From Macrostomum lignano (lineage: Eukaryota): DNA of 64,000 bases. The stretch is from positions 186,001 to 250,000 of the forward strand of contig NIVC01000029.1 in assembly GCA_002269645.1 (NCBI GenBank), given 5' to 3'. Below the pieces are notes generated by a model, which had not been told where the DNA came from, did not search any database, and worked only from the letters and a program-made list of their open reading frames with translations. The first letter of the stretch is position 1; each line of letters starts with the position of its first letter. Position numbers and translations under genes: made by a program. Positions 37,067 through 48,935 of the stretch are shown piece after piece.

Positions 37067-38243
37067 TAGGGAATACAAAATCCTGAGTTTTGCCAATCCT
37101 GGGATTCTTGGGATTGGGATATCTTGGACTTGAAAAATCCTAGGATTCTTGGGATTGGGATATCCCGGACTTTGCCAATCTTGGGATCCCAATAAATTGG
37201 GCCGGGATTCCGGGATCCTAGGATTAAAGAATGTTTCTAATCTTTTTTTGGTTACAATTTGGGTTTACAAAGCCATCTAACCTGATTTTAAAGGGCTTTT
37301 AATAATAAAGTAGAATAAGACAAAATATTTTGCAAACAAGAAACTGATAGTGAGCCCTGAATTGGAGTCTGATATATAGGCTGGCATATTATATATGCTT
37401 TTTTATATTCCAGTATCAGCTTAGGAAAATCACACTTGATTATGATGTAACTAGGGCAATGATAGCTTGTAGAGCTATGGCCTGAGGTATTGATACCAGG
37501 GTAGAAAATGATGAGACCTCACCTTCCCAGAGGCATCTGCACTAGATGGAGAACTGGTAGCTTGGGTTGTGGTCTGATAGCAAGCTCCCACTGTTCTAAT
37601 CCCTACTATAGCCAAGGAGTTTTGAAGGTAGGGACTGCTTAAAGTACATGTAGTTCTGCCACCACCCCTATGCTAGGCATCTAAAGGGTGCCCTGACAGT
37701 GCTAAGAAGGAAGTCTTTTGCATAGGGGGGGGGGTCTTCTGATCTGCACAAGGTTGAGACCCCTGATTTTAGCTAGGTTTGAGATAGAAGGAGAGTTTCC
37801 AATGAACAATGATTTGACTCCCATCTGGCAAGCTATAGCACTGCAATTGGAAACAATGAGGAATTAGCTTCTATTGCTTTAGACTCTATGCATAGGTTTT
37901 AGAATAATAATTACATTACCATATGCATACAGTTGCACATAAATTGTTACATCTGAAATCTCTTGCAATCTGCCAACAGCTTCAGTTTTGTATCCCTGCA
38001 GCCTTAGCCTTCTTACTAGCCTGCATGTTTAAAAGATTATTAATCAAAGCAGGACAACTGGGTTATAATTTTCACCTGACAGTAACTCAGCTGCAGATAC
38101 TACTACTCAAGAATGAATGATTGAATTATTGCAAGCTGGGATCGAGAACCCTATGGTCAATCTTGGGATTTTCAAGTCCTAGACAATTGTGATCCTGGGA
38201 TTTAGAATCCTGGTATCCCAAAATCCCAGGATTGCATTCCCTA
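37067..38243. mobile_element. hAT-type MITE, 1177 bp
   Basis: Termini TAGGGAAT..AATCCTG / CAGGATTGCATTCCCTA; 8-bp TSD AGTGTAAG (37059-66, 38244-51); subterminal ATCCYGGGAT repeats. Confidence 0.87.
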
Positions 38244-39531
38244 AGTGTAAGCAAACTTATTTGATAGAAATTGTTCTGGCACATAGTGCAATATATATTT
38301 TTAAATTAGATTAAGTTTAAATCAAGAATAAATTAATAGATTGCAGCTTGAAAGATATGATATTGATATATTGCAACTTAATACAGCAGATTTTTATGGA
38401 TTCAAGTTTCACAAATCTGAGAATTTTGATAGACTTCTACTTAATGTAGCCATGTCCCTCTTGTGAGGCCATTCTATCCTAAGGGAATTTTTTAGATCTC
38501 AGTTTCACAGAAAGGAAATTGATACATCTAAATTGTAGTTTAACAGGGATAAAATTGATAGACTAATTTTTGCACTTTAAGAATCTTACCAGACTTCAGT
38601 TCCAGTGTTCAACTTTCCTATTTTAACTTCTATTGTTCAACTTCTAAGGCTCAACTTCTGCAGATTCACCTTCAATAGAAAAGTTATACTTGTTTTTTAT
38701 TCTGTTATAAGGCTGTTTCTTCTTTTTTAGTGTCCTACTATTGGCACCAATTTGTAGCAAGCATTACTTTTATACTGTTGGCATACAAAGAAACATTAAA
38801 TGTTTCTTTCCTTAATGTTTGGGAATACCTATGGTAAGTGTCCCCAACTTCTTCCCTAGCAAGAAGTGTCTAAATAGCAAGACTGAATTTGAAATTTAGT
38901 CTGGAATAAAGTTTTGTTATAGATTTGATAGCATTACTTTGGGTCAAGTTGTTTAGAGACAAGCCCTATATTTCACCTTCATAGTTCAATTAGTATTTGC
39001 AACATTCTCCTAATGTGTACAATTTAGCCTATTCTAGAATCCTCTTCCCGAGTCCTAAACCATTTTCCTACTTATCATAGTCTAGAAAGTGGTATTTACC
39101 CATGCTGAAAAATTCTAGCATATTTTTGCCCCTTACTAAGAATCTTGGTATATACTTGTCCTATAGAATTTTTAGGTCTATCATAGCCAAACACTGTTGG
39201 CATACAAAAAAGGGTAACCCCAATCCCAAAAAGTCTTAAATGTTTTATAGTAGTATTTATGCGCCATAGATTAATGTTTGTTTTTATTTATGATCTCGTT
39301 CTGGTTTTAAGTAAATGTGTTAATACATTTTAGTGCACATTCAACATAGTTATTACTTTTTTGCTGTCACTTCGAGATAAGTAACTACCAGTGCACTAGC
39401 TGAAAGACAAGTGCACTTGCTAAGCATATAGTTCTGTCTTATCTCAGGTTAATAAGATTGCAGAACTTACAGAAGTTAACAAAATTGCTAAATTTATGCT
39501 TTCAGACTCTCAGGCCTAGCCTTACTCAGCA

Positions 39532-39936
39532 ATGTTAAAAGTTTGTAAAGAGAATGAAGTCAATAATTCGGATGACAATAAAGAGATTATCAGCGATGAA
39601 CAGTACGAATCGATGCTATTAAATGCTTGCAAAAACTTCTCTGCCGAAGCAAAGGCTTGGTCTAACAGTAATCAATCATCAGCAGAAGGCATTGACAGCT
39701 GCAATAGCGGTGGTTGGAGTGTTACCGCTCCCCTGCCAGACTGCTCTAATAGCAGTTTAGATTCGTTAAAGATCGCTGCTCGACTTGATTCGCTGAAATC
39801 TCGGGCTATTCGGGCGGCTCGCCGATGCGCTGAGCTCGAATTTCAATTGGCTAACGAAGCTGCTCAGGCTACTGATCGAGCGCAGAGTGCAATTGCTTTT
39901 ATTCAACTGGCAGTTGGAGAAGCTGACAAGGACTAA
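39532..39936 (+). CDS. Uncharacterised 134-aa protein with C-terminal coiled coil
   Basis: ATG-started GC-richer island with the same codon style as neighbouring genes; heptad-like LDSLKSRAIRAARRCAELEFQLANEAAQA. No family recognised. Confidence 0.55.
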   Translation: MLKVCKENEVNNSDDNKEIISDEQYESMLLNACKNFSAEAKAWSNSNQSSAEGIDSCNSGGWSVTAPLPDCSNSSLDSLKIAARLDSLKSRAIRAARRCAELEFQLANEAAQATDRAQSAIAFIQLAVGEADKD

Positions 39937-40244
39937 AGTACCGATTCCAATACCAAGTACCGGTTCCAATGCCTGACATTGATGTATTTATTTGCTTGTC
40001 AAATTCTTGTCAAGCTGCAAACAATTTAGCATTTTCAACTAATCTTTCCATATTTTTAATTAATGGCTTGTATGGTAATTAGCATAAATATATATAATGT
40101 TGTTTCTTATAATTTCAATATTTAAACGTGTTCCTACATGTAGTTTACTCTTGGCTTACATTCTTATATGTTACTTTAGATTTCACCGTTGTCTGAAGGT
40201 TATTTCACTTTCTCAGCTACCTGAAGGCTATCTGAAATTAATCT

Positions 40245-40682
40245 GATACTAGAATAACTAGCTGGGCCATTCAGCACATCTGCGTGTAAACTACTTTCAG
40301 TTCAGTAGTTAGTTAAACAGAAAGCATTATAAAGCCAAGGCTTATTTATTGGCTCTTACCCCCCCCCCCAGCTTAAACCCTCCAACCGCGCCTTTCGACA
40401 CCACCCCTTTCCCACCCCAATTTTAATTGCTTTTCTCGGAATTGCAGCCTAAAGCTGCCATGTACATTTCAGTGGACTGGCCAATGTACATTATTGCTGA
40501 ACCAATTAGCAAGTTCCTTACGACTGCAAGCTTGGGCTTCTAAGCTTATCAAATTAATTTGAGCTGCCTTTATTTTTATAAAATAGCTTATAATGCATTC
40601 TTCTTTGCTACTGAATTGAAAGTAGAAAGCTGTTTTACTAAGTATATATGCCTGAGTGGCCCATCTAGTTATTTTAGTATCT
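40245..40682. mobile_element. MITE family A, copy 2 (inverted)
   Basis: GATACTAGAATAACTAGCTGGGCC / GGCCCATCTAGTTATTTTAGTATC; the body is the reverse complement of copies 1 and 3. Confidence 0.85.
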
Positions 40683-40694
40683 AGTAATTCAATT

Positions 40695-41158
40695 CCAACT
40701 ACCTGAAGTTCACCTGAATCCAACCACCTGAAGTTCACCTGAATCCAACTACCTGAATTTCACCTGAATCCAACTACCTGAAGTTCACCTGAATCCAACT
40801 ACCTGAGGTTTACCTGAATCCAACTACCTGAAGTTCACCTGAATCCAACCACCTGAAGTTCACCTAAATCCAACTACCTGAAGTTCACCTGAATCCAACT
40901 ACCTGAAGTTCACCTGAATCCAACTACCTGAAATTCACCTGAATCCAACTATCTGAAGTTCACCTGAATCCAACTATCTGAAGTTCACCTGAATCCAACT
41001 ACCTGAAGTTCACCTGAATCCAACTACCTGAAGTTCACCTGAATCCAACTACCTGAATATCACCTGAATCCAACTACCTGAATATCACCTGAATCCAACT
41101 ACCTGAATATCACCTGAATCCAACTACCTGAAGTTCACCTGAATCCAACTACCTGAAG
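40695..41158. repeat. 25-bp minisatellite, ~18 copies, upstream of CEPT1
   Basis: Unit CACCTGAATCCAACTACCTGAAGTT. Confidence 0.95.
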
Positions 41159-41271
41159 ATTATTAGAGATTTCCCATCATTAGAAGATTCCTATCCCTAA
41201 TCAGTAAGCTGATAGTCCCATCTTAGCAACTAAACAATTGAACCTTCGAATCCGCCTCAGCGAGCACAGCA

Positions 41272-44200
41272 ATGGCCAGCAGCCGTGCACGGGGCCAATT
41301 TGTATCCGGTCCATTGGACGAGCGGCATCTGAAGCATCTGCTGCAGCACGAGTACTCAGTAACTGGTACGTCTATTGTTGAACCACTTCTGCAACGGTTC
41401 TGGCGCGCCCTGATCGACTGGGTGCCGATGAACGCCGCTCCTAACGCTCTGACACTCGCCGGCCTGATGATGAACGCCAGTAGCGCTGTGCTGCTGCTAA
41501 TCTATAGCCCCGATGCTAAACAGGTAGGAAAACTGCATTTTTTACTGTTTTTAATAGCTGCTGTAAAACTGCCCTGATACTCGCTTCTAAGTCCGTCTAA
41601 GAATCGGTCTTAAATCTTTCTGAGAATCAATCCTTAAATCTTCCTAAACTTTCCTTTAAATCTTTTCAAGAATCATCTTAAATATTGGTAAGAATCCGCC
41701 CCGAATCTCCCCGATGGGGCGGAGTCAGAGAGATGGGGCTCTCTCTGAGTCAGAGAGAAGGGACTCTCTGGGTCAGAGAGATGAGGCCAAAGAGTTGGAG
41801 ATGGGGCGGATCTCCCCTCAGTCGTTCCCAGAACCAGTCCTAAATCTTTCTAAGAATCGTACCTAAATATTTTCAATAATCCTACCTGAATCTTTCCAAG
41901 AATCGGCCCTAGATCTTCCCAAGAAGCAGCGACCTTAATCTTTCCAGGAATAAGCCAATAATCTTTCCAGGAATAAGCCCTGAATCTTTCTAAGAATCGG
42001 ACCTGAATCTTTCTAAGAATCGAACCTGAATCTTTCTAAGAATCAGACCTGGATCTTTCTAAGAATCGGACCTTAATATTTCTAAGAATCGGACCTGAAT
42101 CTTTCTAAGTATCGGACCTGAATCTTTCTAAGTATCGGGCCTGAATCTTTCTAAGAATCAGACCTGAATCTTTCTAAGAATCGGACCTGAATCTTTCTAA
42201 GTATCGGACCTGAATCTTTCTAAGTATCGGGCCTGAATCTTTCTAAGAATCAGACCTGAATCTTTCTAAGAATCGGACCTGAATCTTTCTAAGAATCAGA
42301 CCTGAATCTTTCTAAGAATCGGACCTTAATCTTTCTAAGAATCAGACCTGAATCTTTCTAAGAATCGGACCTTAATCTTTCTAAAAATCAGACCTGAATC
42401 TTTCTAAGAATCGGACCTGAATCTATTAAGAATCGACCGTAATGGTCTAATGAAGAAATGAGGGCCAGGCAGGAAATTCCAAGGTGTAATTATCGTCAAG
42501 AACTTATGCATGACAGCACAATTGGCACGCAGGACATCCCAGCCTGGCTGCTGCTCTACGCCGCTTTCGCTCTATTCGTCTATCAAACCCTGGACGCATT
42601 GGACGGCAAGCAGGCCAGGCGCACCGGTTCCGCCAATCAGCTTGGCGAACTATTCGATCATGGCTGCGACGCGGCTAATACCCTGCTAGTAACGCTGAGC
42701 CTGTCTGTTGCTACGGGCCTGGGCCATACGCCTAAGCTGATGCTGGTCCAGTGCGCTTCGTCTATGACGCTGTTCTTTGTAGCGCATTGGATTGCCTATA
42801 TTACTGGCAAAATTATGTTTGGCATGTTTGACGTCACGGAAGCGCAATTGTGCTGTATGGGAGTGTTTATTGCCACGGCCTTTGGCGGAGTGAACGGATT
42901 GTGGGGTGTCAGCGTGTTGCCTGGCGGCATCCTGATGCGCCATGTTCAGGTAAAGGCACTATAGATCATTCTTTTTGATGAAATTTGGTTTTGTCACATG
43001 GAACTCACACATTCTGTTAGATACAGTTCACAGATTTTGTCAGAAAAGTTCACAGATTCTGTCAGATGAAGTTCACAGATTCTGTCAGATGAAGTTCACA
43101 GATTCTGTCAGATGAAGTTCACAGATTCTGTCAGATGAAGTTCACAGATTGTGTCAGCTGGAGCTCACAGATTCTGTCAGATGGAGCTCACAGATTCTGT
43201 CAGATGGAGCTCACAGATTCTGTCAGATGAAGTTCACAGATTCTGTCAGATGAAGTTAACAGATTCTGTCAGATGAAGTTAACAGATTCTGTCAGATGAA
43301 GTTCACAGATTCTGTCAGATGAAGTTAACAGATTCTGTCAGATGAAGTTCACAGATTCTTTCAGATGAAGTTCACAGATTCTGTCAGATGAAGTTAACAG
43401 ATTCTGTCAGATGAAGTTCACAGATTCTGTCAGATGAAGTTCACAGATTCTGTCAGATGAAGTTCACAGATTGTGTCAGCTGGAGCTCACAGATTCTGTC
43501 AGATGGAGCTCACAGATTCTGTCAGATGGAGCTCACAGATTCTGTCAGATGAAGTTCACAGATTCTGTCAGATGAAGTTAACAGATTCTGTCAGATGAAG
43601 TTAACAGATTCTGTCAGATGAAGTTCACAGATTCTGTCAGATGAAGTTAACAGATTCTGTCAGATGAAGTTCACAGATTCTTTCAGATGAAGTTCACAGA
43701 TTCTGTCAGATGAAGTTAACAGATTCTGTCAGATGAAGTTCACAGATTCTTTCAGATGAAGTTCACAGATTCTGTCAGATGAAGTTAACAGATTCTGTCA
43801 GATGAAGTTCACAGATTCTGTCAGCTGGAGCTCAAGGATTCTGTCAGATGAAGCTCACAGATTCTGTCAGATGAAGCTCAAGGATTCTGTCAGATGAAGC
43901 CCCTCAACACTCACTCCCCTACCCTCCCCAGGTGCTGGTATACTTGACCACTTCGAGCTCGCTGTACTTCCGTCTTGCCTACTGCATCAGCCAGGGCGGA
44001 GCAGGTAAAAACGGGTCAACAGTAGCCAACACCAGCATCATCTTCCCCGGCGTTGTGTGGCTAATGCTGATTGTCATCACGGCTGCCGTTAGCAACAAAT
44101 CGCCCAGTTTATTTCTTGACCGGCCCTGCCTATTCATCACCGCATTTGGCGCGGCTAGCGTTAAAATCTGCGAACGTCTGATTGTTGCTCACATGACTCG

Positions 44201-44456
44201 CACTGAGCTGGCTCTGTGGGACTCTGGCCTCCTCGGCCCCGCCCTGCTGGTTGTCAATCAGTACTTTAACGAGCCCCTGTCGGAGGGTGTCGCCCTCTAT
44301 TTAGCCACAATTATCGGCTTAGCAGATGTAGTTCAATATTCCGCCAGACTATGCCGTCAGATTGCCTCGTACCTGGGCGTTCAAGTGCTCACGATTAACG
44401 GAAACAACAGCGGTGGTGGAAGCGATCGAAACCTGCGGCCTCGCAAGTCGCATTGA
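41272..44456 (+). CDS. CEPT1: Choline/ethanolamine phosphotransferase (CEPT1/CHPT1 family), 397 aa; join(41272..41523,42533..42949,43932..44456)
   Basis: YS.TG.S..EP.LQRFW, APNALTLAG, and the CDP-alcohol phosphotransferase motif DALDGKQARRTGSANQLGELFDHGCD. Both introns are GT-AG, phase 0, and keep the frame. Confidence 0.95.
41985..42435. repeat. 23-bp minisatellite in CEPT1 intron 1 (~19 copies; degenerate back to ~41590)
   Basis: Unit CCTGAATCTTTCTAAGAATCGGA. Confidence 0.95.
43027..43898. repeat. 23-bp minisatellite in CEPT1 intron 2 (~38 copies) with a 322-bp higher-order repeat
   Basis: Unit TTCACAGATTCTGTCAGATGAAG; the variant GTGTCAGCTGGAGCTC recurs at 43151 and 43473 (14 units apart). 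Confidence 0.95.
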
Positions 44457-44973
44457 GTTTAGTTTAGTTTAGAATTAACAAAATAATAATAATAATAAAC
44501 AATTGTGAAATTCGACTGATAACTGATGCTAGACATTGGGATTGCTAATCTGCCAATGCAGAGCTTTTTATGTTTCCTATAAATAATGCTTTGCCAAGGT
44601 AGATTAGCAAATCCAGTATTAACTAGAAGTTATTTTTAACAAATATTTAATTGATAGTTTTGTACTCCAATTTGATTCGGTCTCCAGTCAATTCGATATT
44701 ATTCAAGTTTTGTTGTAATAGCTTGTCCTGCCTTCAATTCGTTTTGTAATTTTTTAAAATATATACATAAATTCGATTTACATCCGGAATTAAACACCGG
44801 AAACTGTGTTAAAATAATCATATTTTTCATTAAAGAATTATCAACTACATTAGTTCTCGAGCCCATTACCATAAGTCTGTGACTTGCAATTAAAATAGTG
44901 ACAGTTCGTTGTTGCTAATATTTATTTGATTTGTTTATTTAAATATCGATTTTGGCTGCTTTGTTTGTCTCTG

Positions 44974-45404
44974 CCACAGATACTATAATAACTAGATGGG
45001 CCACTCAGGCATACTTAGTAAAATAGCTTTCCGATTTCAGTTCAGTAGCAAAGAAGAATACAGAAGCTATTTTATAAAAATAAAGGCAGCTGAAATGACT
45101 TTGATAAGCTTAGAAGCCAAGCTTGCAGGCGTACACAACCTTGCTAATTGGTTCAGCAATAATGTACATTGGCCAGTCCACTGAAATGTACATGGCAGCT
45201 TTAGGCTGGAATTCCGAAAAGGGCAATAAAAATTGGGGCGGGGGGCGTGGAAAGGCGCCGCTGGAGGGGGTAAGAGCCAATAAATGAGCCTTGGCTTTAA
45301 AAATACAAGGCTTATAAAATGCTTCTGTATAACTTACTACTGAACTGAAAGTAGCTTACACGCAAATGTGCCGAGGGGCCATCTAGTTATTCTAGTATCT
45401 GTGG
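44974..45404. mobile_element. MITE family A, copy 3
   Basis: CCACAGATACTATAATAACTAGATGGGCC / GGCCATCTAGTTATTCTAGTATCTGTGG. Confidence 0.87.
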
Positions 45405-46239
45405 TGTTGGCTATTACTGACTACTGTACTGACTAAGTAGTGACTTTTGCTGCTGTTTATCGGGTAATTATTTCTTCTTTGATTATTTGTTCCTTTTCTG
45501 TCGTCCACATCCTAGAATAGAAAGTAAAGTTTACCTAATTATTTTTCTCGAAATCATTTCTCTTCTGCTTTGTGTTGTTGCTTTTCCTGATTCTATTTAC
45601 CTTCTATGATTTTTCGTTAGAAAGTTTTGCGGTTTTGCAAAAACAGTTTGCTTTGGTTTGGCTATTCAAACTCTTTCATGGAAACAAAAAGAGGAATGAT
45701 TTTTTTTTCTGTAGCCGAGAAGATTTCAGTTCCATTTGATTTTGTCACGTGTCAGCCATCGCTCGCTTTAATATGGCAGGAAAACATCCGATTGCAGTTT
45801 TTAGTGCTATTTGAAAGTGTTAGAAATCACTGCTGCATTACTAACAAACAGATCAAAATAAAAGTGGTCTTTTGTGTCAGTTTTCATTTCAGTTCACCAG
45901 TCAAAAGTTGAAAAATAAAATTATTATTTTCATTACTTTGAAACGGTGTGGTCCGAAACGATGAGAAATAAACTTTAATGAAAGATTGCTTTTGGCAATT
46001 CAGTATACCTATGTAGACGTAGAGACTGTTCTTGTTTGTCTTGCAATAATATTTATTCAGATTTCACTTTCTTAGAATCTTAGAGTCCAGCGCCACAGTC
46101 GTTTTAAGTTTTTAACTTGAGTAGTTTTTAGGAGGATTTAGAAAATACGAGCGTAGATTGGTTTTTAGAAGATAGTTTCTAGTTGATTTGTTCTCAATCA
46201 TCTGATTGGCTCTTTTGAATTGTATTGCAATACATAGGA

Positions 46240-46509
46240 GGCCGTAGCCCAGTGGTCTAGCGCGGCGCTCTGGTGTGATTTTTAACGCCCAGCTTGAGGG
46301 CCATCCCCCAAGGCACAGTGAAGTGTACATGCCTAACGATAAATAAAGTTAGGGCCGCTGTACACTCCTGTGTGAGTGTGTGCCTGTGCGTATGACTGCG
46401 TACGTATCCGCGCGCTTGTGCGCCTGCTCAGGGGAGTCGGCGGAATGGGCAGTAATGCCTCTCGCCGGTTGTGTGACAATGTCGCTTGTAAAGTGCGCCT
46501 GGGTGCACC
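46240..46509 (+). mobile_element. tRNA-derived SINE copy with an internal deletion covering the B-box
   Basis: GGCCGTAGCCCAGTGGTCTAGCG head; the body is collinear with the reverse complement of 1225-1559. Confidence 0.7.
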
Positions 46510-47061
46510 ACTAGTTGAATGATAAAATTTCCTTATTACGTGTAATGTCCTTAGCACAGCCGCCTGTGTCACGCTCGTAACTAAAACTACTAACTATAGT
46601 CGTGCTGTAAAAAATTAGCTTAAGTTTGGATTAGCAGTTTGAGCGTATCGGTCCAGAAAGGTTTGTTGAGCCGCGGACCCTCGACCTGCGAGCGAACATT
46701 CAAAATTAACACATTCGATGAGCGGAAAGCGACCTGCATGGGTGTCCGGATTGAGCTTGACTCTGGGAACTTTTTATCAAATCAAAAACAAATTCTTTTT
46801 TCATACAAAAATTATAGTAGGTCGTTGTTTCTATATTTAAGACGTACAAGTCGGCAGTTGTTTATTACGTTTTATAAAATGTGTCTCGCGATAAAAAATA
46901 TCCCGCAACCTGGAAATCGTGATAATTAAGTTTTACGAGTAATTGATTGGCTTGCCTAATTTATTTGTTTACTGCCGTGTAGGCAGTGGAGTAGCCACGA
47001 ATTTTCAATTGGGGGGGGGGGCGGGTTGGCCTGGCTAGCTATGCCTTATGCCATTGACACT

Positions 47062-47150
47062 TTTGGCGCCGCAGGCACTCATTTTGGCGCCGCAGGCACT
47101 CATTTTAGCGCCGCAGGCACTCATTTTAGCGCCACAGGTACTCATTTTAT
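47062..47150. repeat. 21-bp repeat (~4 copies) in a CAGTGG/CAGGGG-terminated MITE remnant
   Basis: TTTTRGCGCCGCAGGCACTCA; the same unit occurs inverted at 57118-57415. Confidence 0.8.
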
Positions 47151-47187
47151 CGAGGCAAAATGTTTTATCGAGGACACAAATTGTTTC

Positions 47188-47259
47188 TAGTTGGTCAAGA
47201 ATCGAACCCATGACCTTTCAGTGATGAGTCCGACGCTCTAACCACTAGGCTACCAACCC
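47188..47259 (-). pseudogene. tRNA-Met(CAT)-like pseudogene or SINE head
   Basis: GGGTTGG TAGCCTAGTGGTTAGAGCG TCGGA CTCATCA CTGAA AGGTC ATGGG TTCGATT CTTGA CCAACTA. A and B boxes are intact, but the anticodon and T stems are mispaired. Confidence 0.55.
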
Positions 47260-47513
47260 CCTGCAGCCAAAATATTAGCATACTGCAGCTAATACTCTAA
47301 TAGAGAGTATCAAGGCTTAAATAATAGGCTTATTTACTTGCAAAACTGGAATCACTCTGAGAAGCCAAACGAGAATGTCATTATTGGTCCTCATTTTGAG
47401 CAGCCAATGGGAATCCGTTTAAATCTCGGCGGCTATCTGCTATCTATTTAATCGCATGTCCAAAACAAACTGCAGTGGATTATAGTAAATTAAAATCAGT
47501 TTAATCAAGCGAC

Positions 47514-48935
47514 ATGTCTGATTTACTAAGTCAGTTAGGCAGCGATAACATCAGCAGCCTTCCCGTCTGCAATGCTGGCACATTGTCGACCGACTCAAGC
47601 AGCCTGGCTGTCCGCCTCGCCGAATGGTCGCTCCGAGTGCTCGGAGCTGCAATCATAATTGGCGGGGTTGCTGGCAATTCGGCCACGGCCTACCTGCAGG
47701 CCACTGACCGATCGCTGCGAGGTACCACCCGCTTTCTGATGGTGTTTTTGGCTCTGGTTGACTGCGCCGTGCTGCTGCTGGCCGTGCTCAGATACTGGCT
47801 GACCGAGACGGTCGGGTTGGACATCCGCGATCAGCATCCGGTGCTGTGCCATCTGCACCAGGCCGTGGTTGCCACAGTCAGCGACTTGGCCGTCTACGCC
47901 CTCTGCGGCATTGGCGTTGAGCGCTTCATTCTTGTGACCTATCACAATCGGGCTAGCCGGCTGATCACTAAGAGAAACTTTTCCGCAGTGTTCGGCGTCG
48001 TATCTGCGGCTATCGTGGCGAAGAATGCGCCGCTTGGCTTCTTCCGTTTCACTACCCGATGCGTGCAGCTTCTTGCCAGCCAACTTGGCGGCAAGATTAA
48101 TGGCACTGAACTCCGGCGCAAGCCAACCACAGTGAGCATCTCGGAGCTGAACGAGCTATCGAACGAATCTTATCGATTGTTGCTAACAAAGTGCGACTAC
48201 GATCGAGAATTTGGTCGTTGGTTTGTTAAGCTTGACGTCATTACATTCTTGGTAGTACCGTACACTGTTCTGCTAGTCTCCAATGTCTACATTTATGCCA
48301 CAATGCGGAAACGGAGAATGGCGGCCAATAACCAGGATGAGGAGCAGAAAAGGCAGAAGAAACTGCAGGATGTGGTGCAGGCTGCACTGGAAGTTCCTAC
48401 TGAGCCTGCAGAATCGTCTAACCAAACTCGCGGACGGAAACCTGAGAGTATCATGCGTCTATTGGCGGTGCTGACTGTTATTCACATTTGTACCACCCTG
48501 CCCGCCTCCTTGGGTCAACTGCTCAGCGTTAGCGGCTGGCTAACCCGTTCTGAGTCAACCCGAGTCACTCTGGACGTCCTCAAGACGCTGATGTTTGCTA
48601 ATAATGCCACAAATTTCCTGGCCTATTTCGTGTCGTCTAGAACGTTCCGAGGCAGGGTGCTGCGCTGTGGTGGTCGCGGCGTTGCGACCCGACTGACTCT
48701 GGAACAGGCAAGCATGTGCGGCGCTCAGGCGAATAGCTTGCGCTCCGAGCACGAGGCGGTGCAGGCTCGCAACGGTGAACTGCAGCCGCTGCAGTTGCTG
48801 CTGCGCCACCAATTGACAACGCCGATTGCGCAACCGCAGGTCTCTGGCAAGATGGTCACCGCTGCCATAGTAACTAATAGCGGAGTTAACTGTATCGGAG
48901 ATCGTTCTGCATCGGACGATGAGTGTACACTTTAG
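47514..48935 (+). CDS. Rhodopsin-class (class A) GPCR, peptide/orphan type, intronless, 473 aa
   Basis: Seven hydrophobic segments; TM1 GN (GVAGNS), TM2 FLALVDC (LAxxD), TM3 C..ERF, TM5 VVPY, TM6 CTTLP, TM7 NATNFLAY followed by SRTFR. Confidence 0.92.
   Translation: MSDLLSQLGSDNISSLPVCNAGTLSTDSSSLAVRLAEWSLRVLGAAIIIGGVAGNSATAYLQATDRSLRGTTRFLMVFLALVDCAVLLLAVLRYWLTETVGLDIRDQHPVLCHLHQAVVATVSDLAVYALCGIGVERFILVTYHNRASRLITKRNFSAVFGVVSAAIVAKNAPLGFFRFTTRCVQLLASQLGGKINGTELRRKPTTVSISELNELSNESYRLLLTKCDYDREFGRWFVKLDVITFLVVPYTVLLVSNVYIYATMRKRRMAANNQDEEQKRQKKLQDVVQAALEVPTEPAESSNQTRGRKPESIMRLLAVLTVIHICTTLPASLGQLLSVSGWLTRSESTRVTLDVLKTLMFANNATNFLAYFVSSRTFRGRVLRCGGRGVATRLTLEQASMCGAQANSLRSEHEAVQARNGELQPLQLLLRHQLTTPIAQPQVSGKMVTAAIVTNSGVNCIGDRSASDDECTL

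Noticed and set aside
47188-47259. Functional tRNA-Met gene
   Set aside because: The anticodon and T stems do not pair, so it is kept only as a pseudogene or SINE head.
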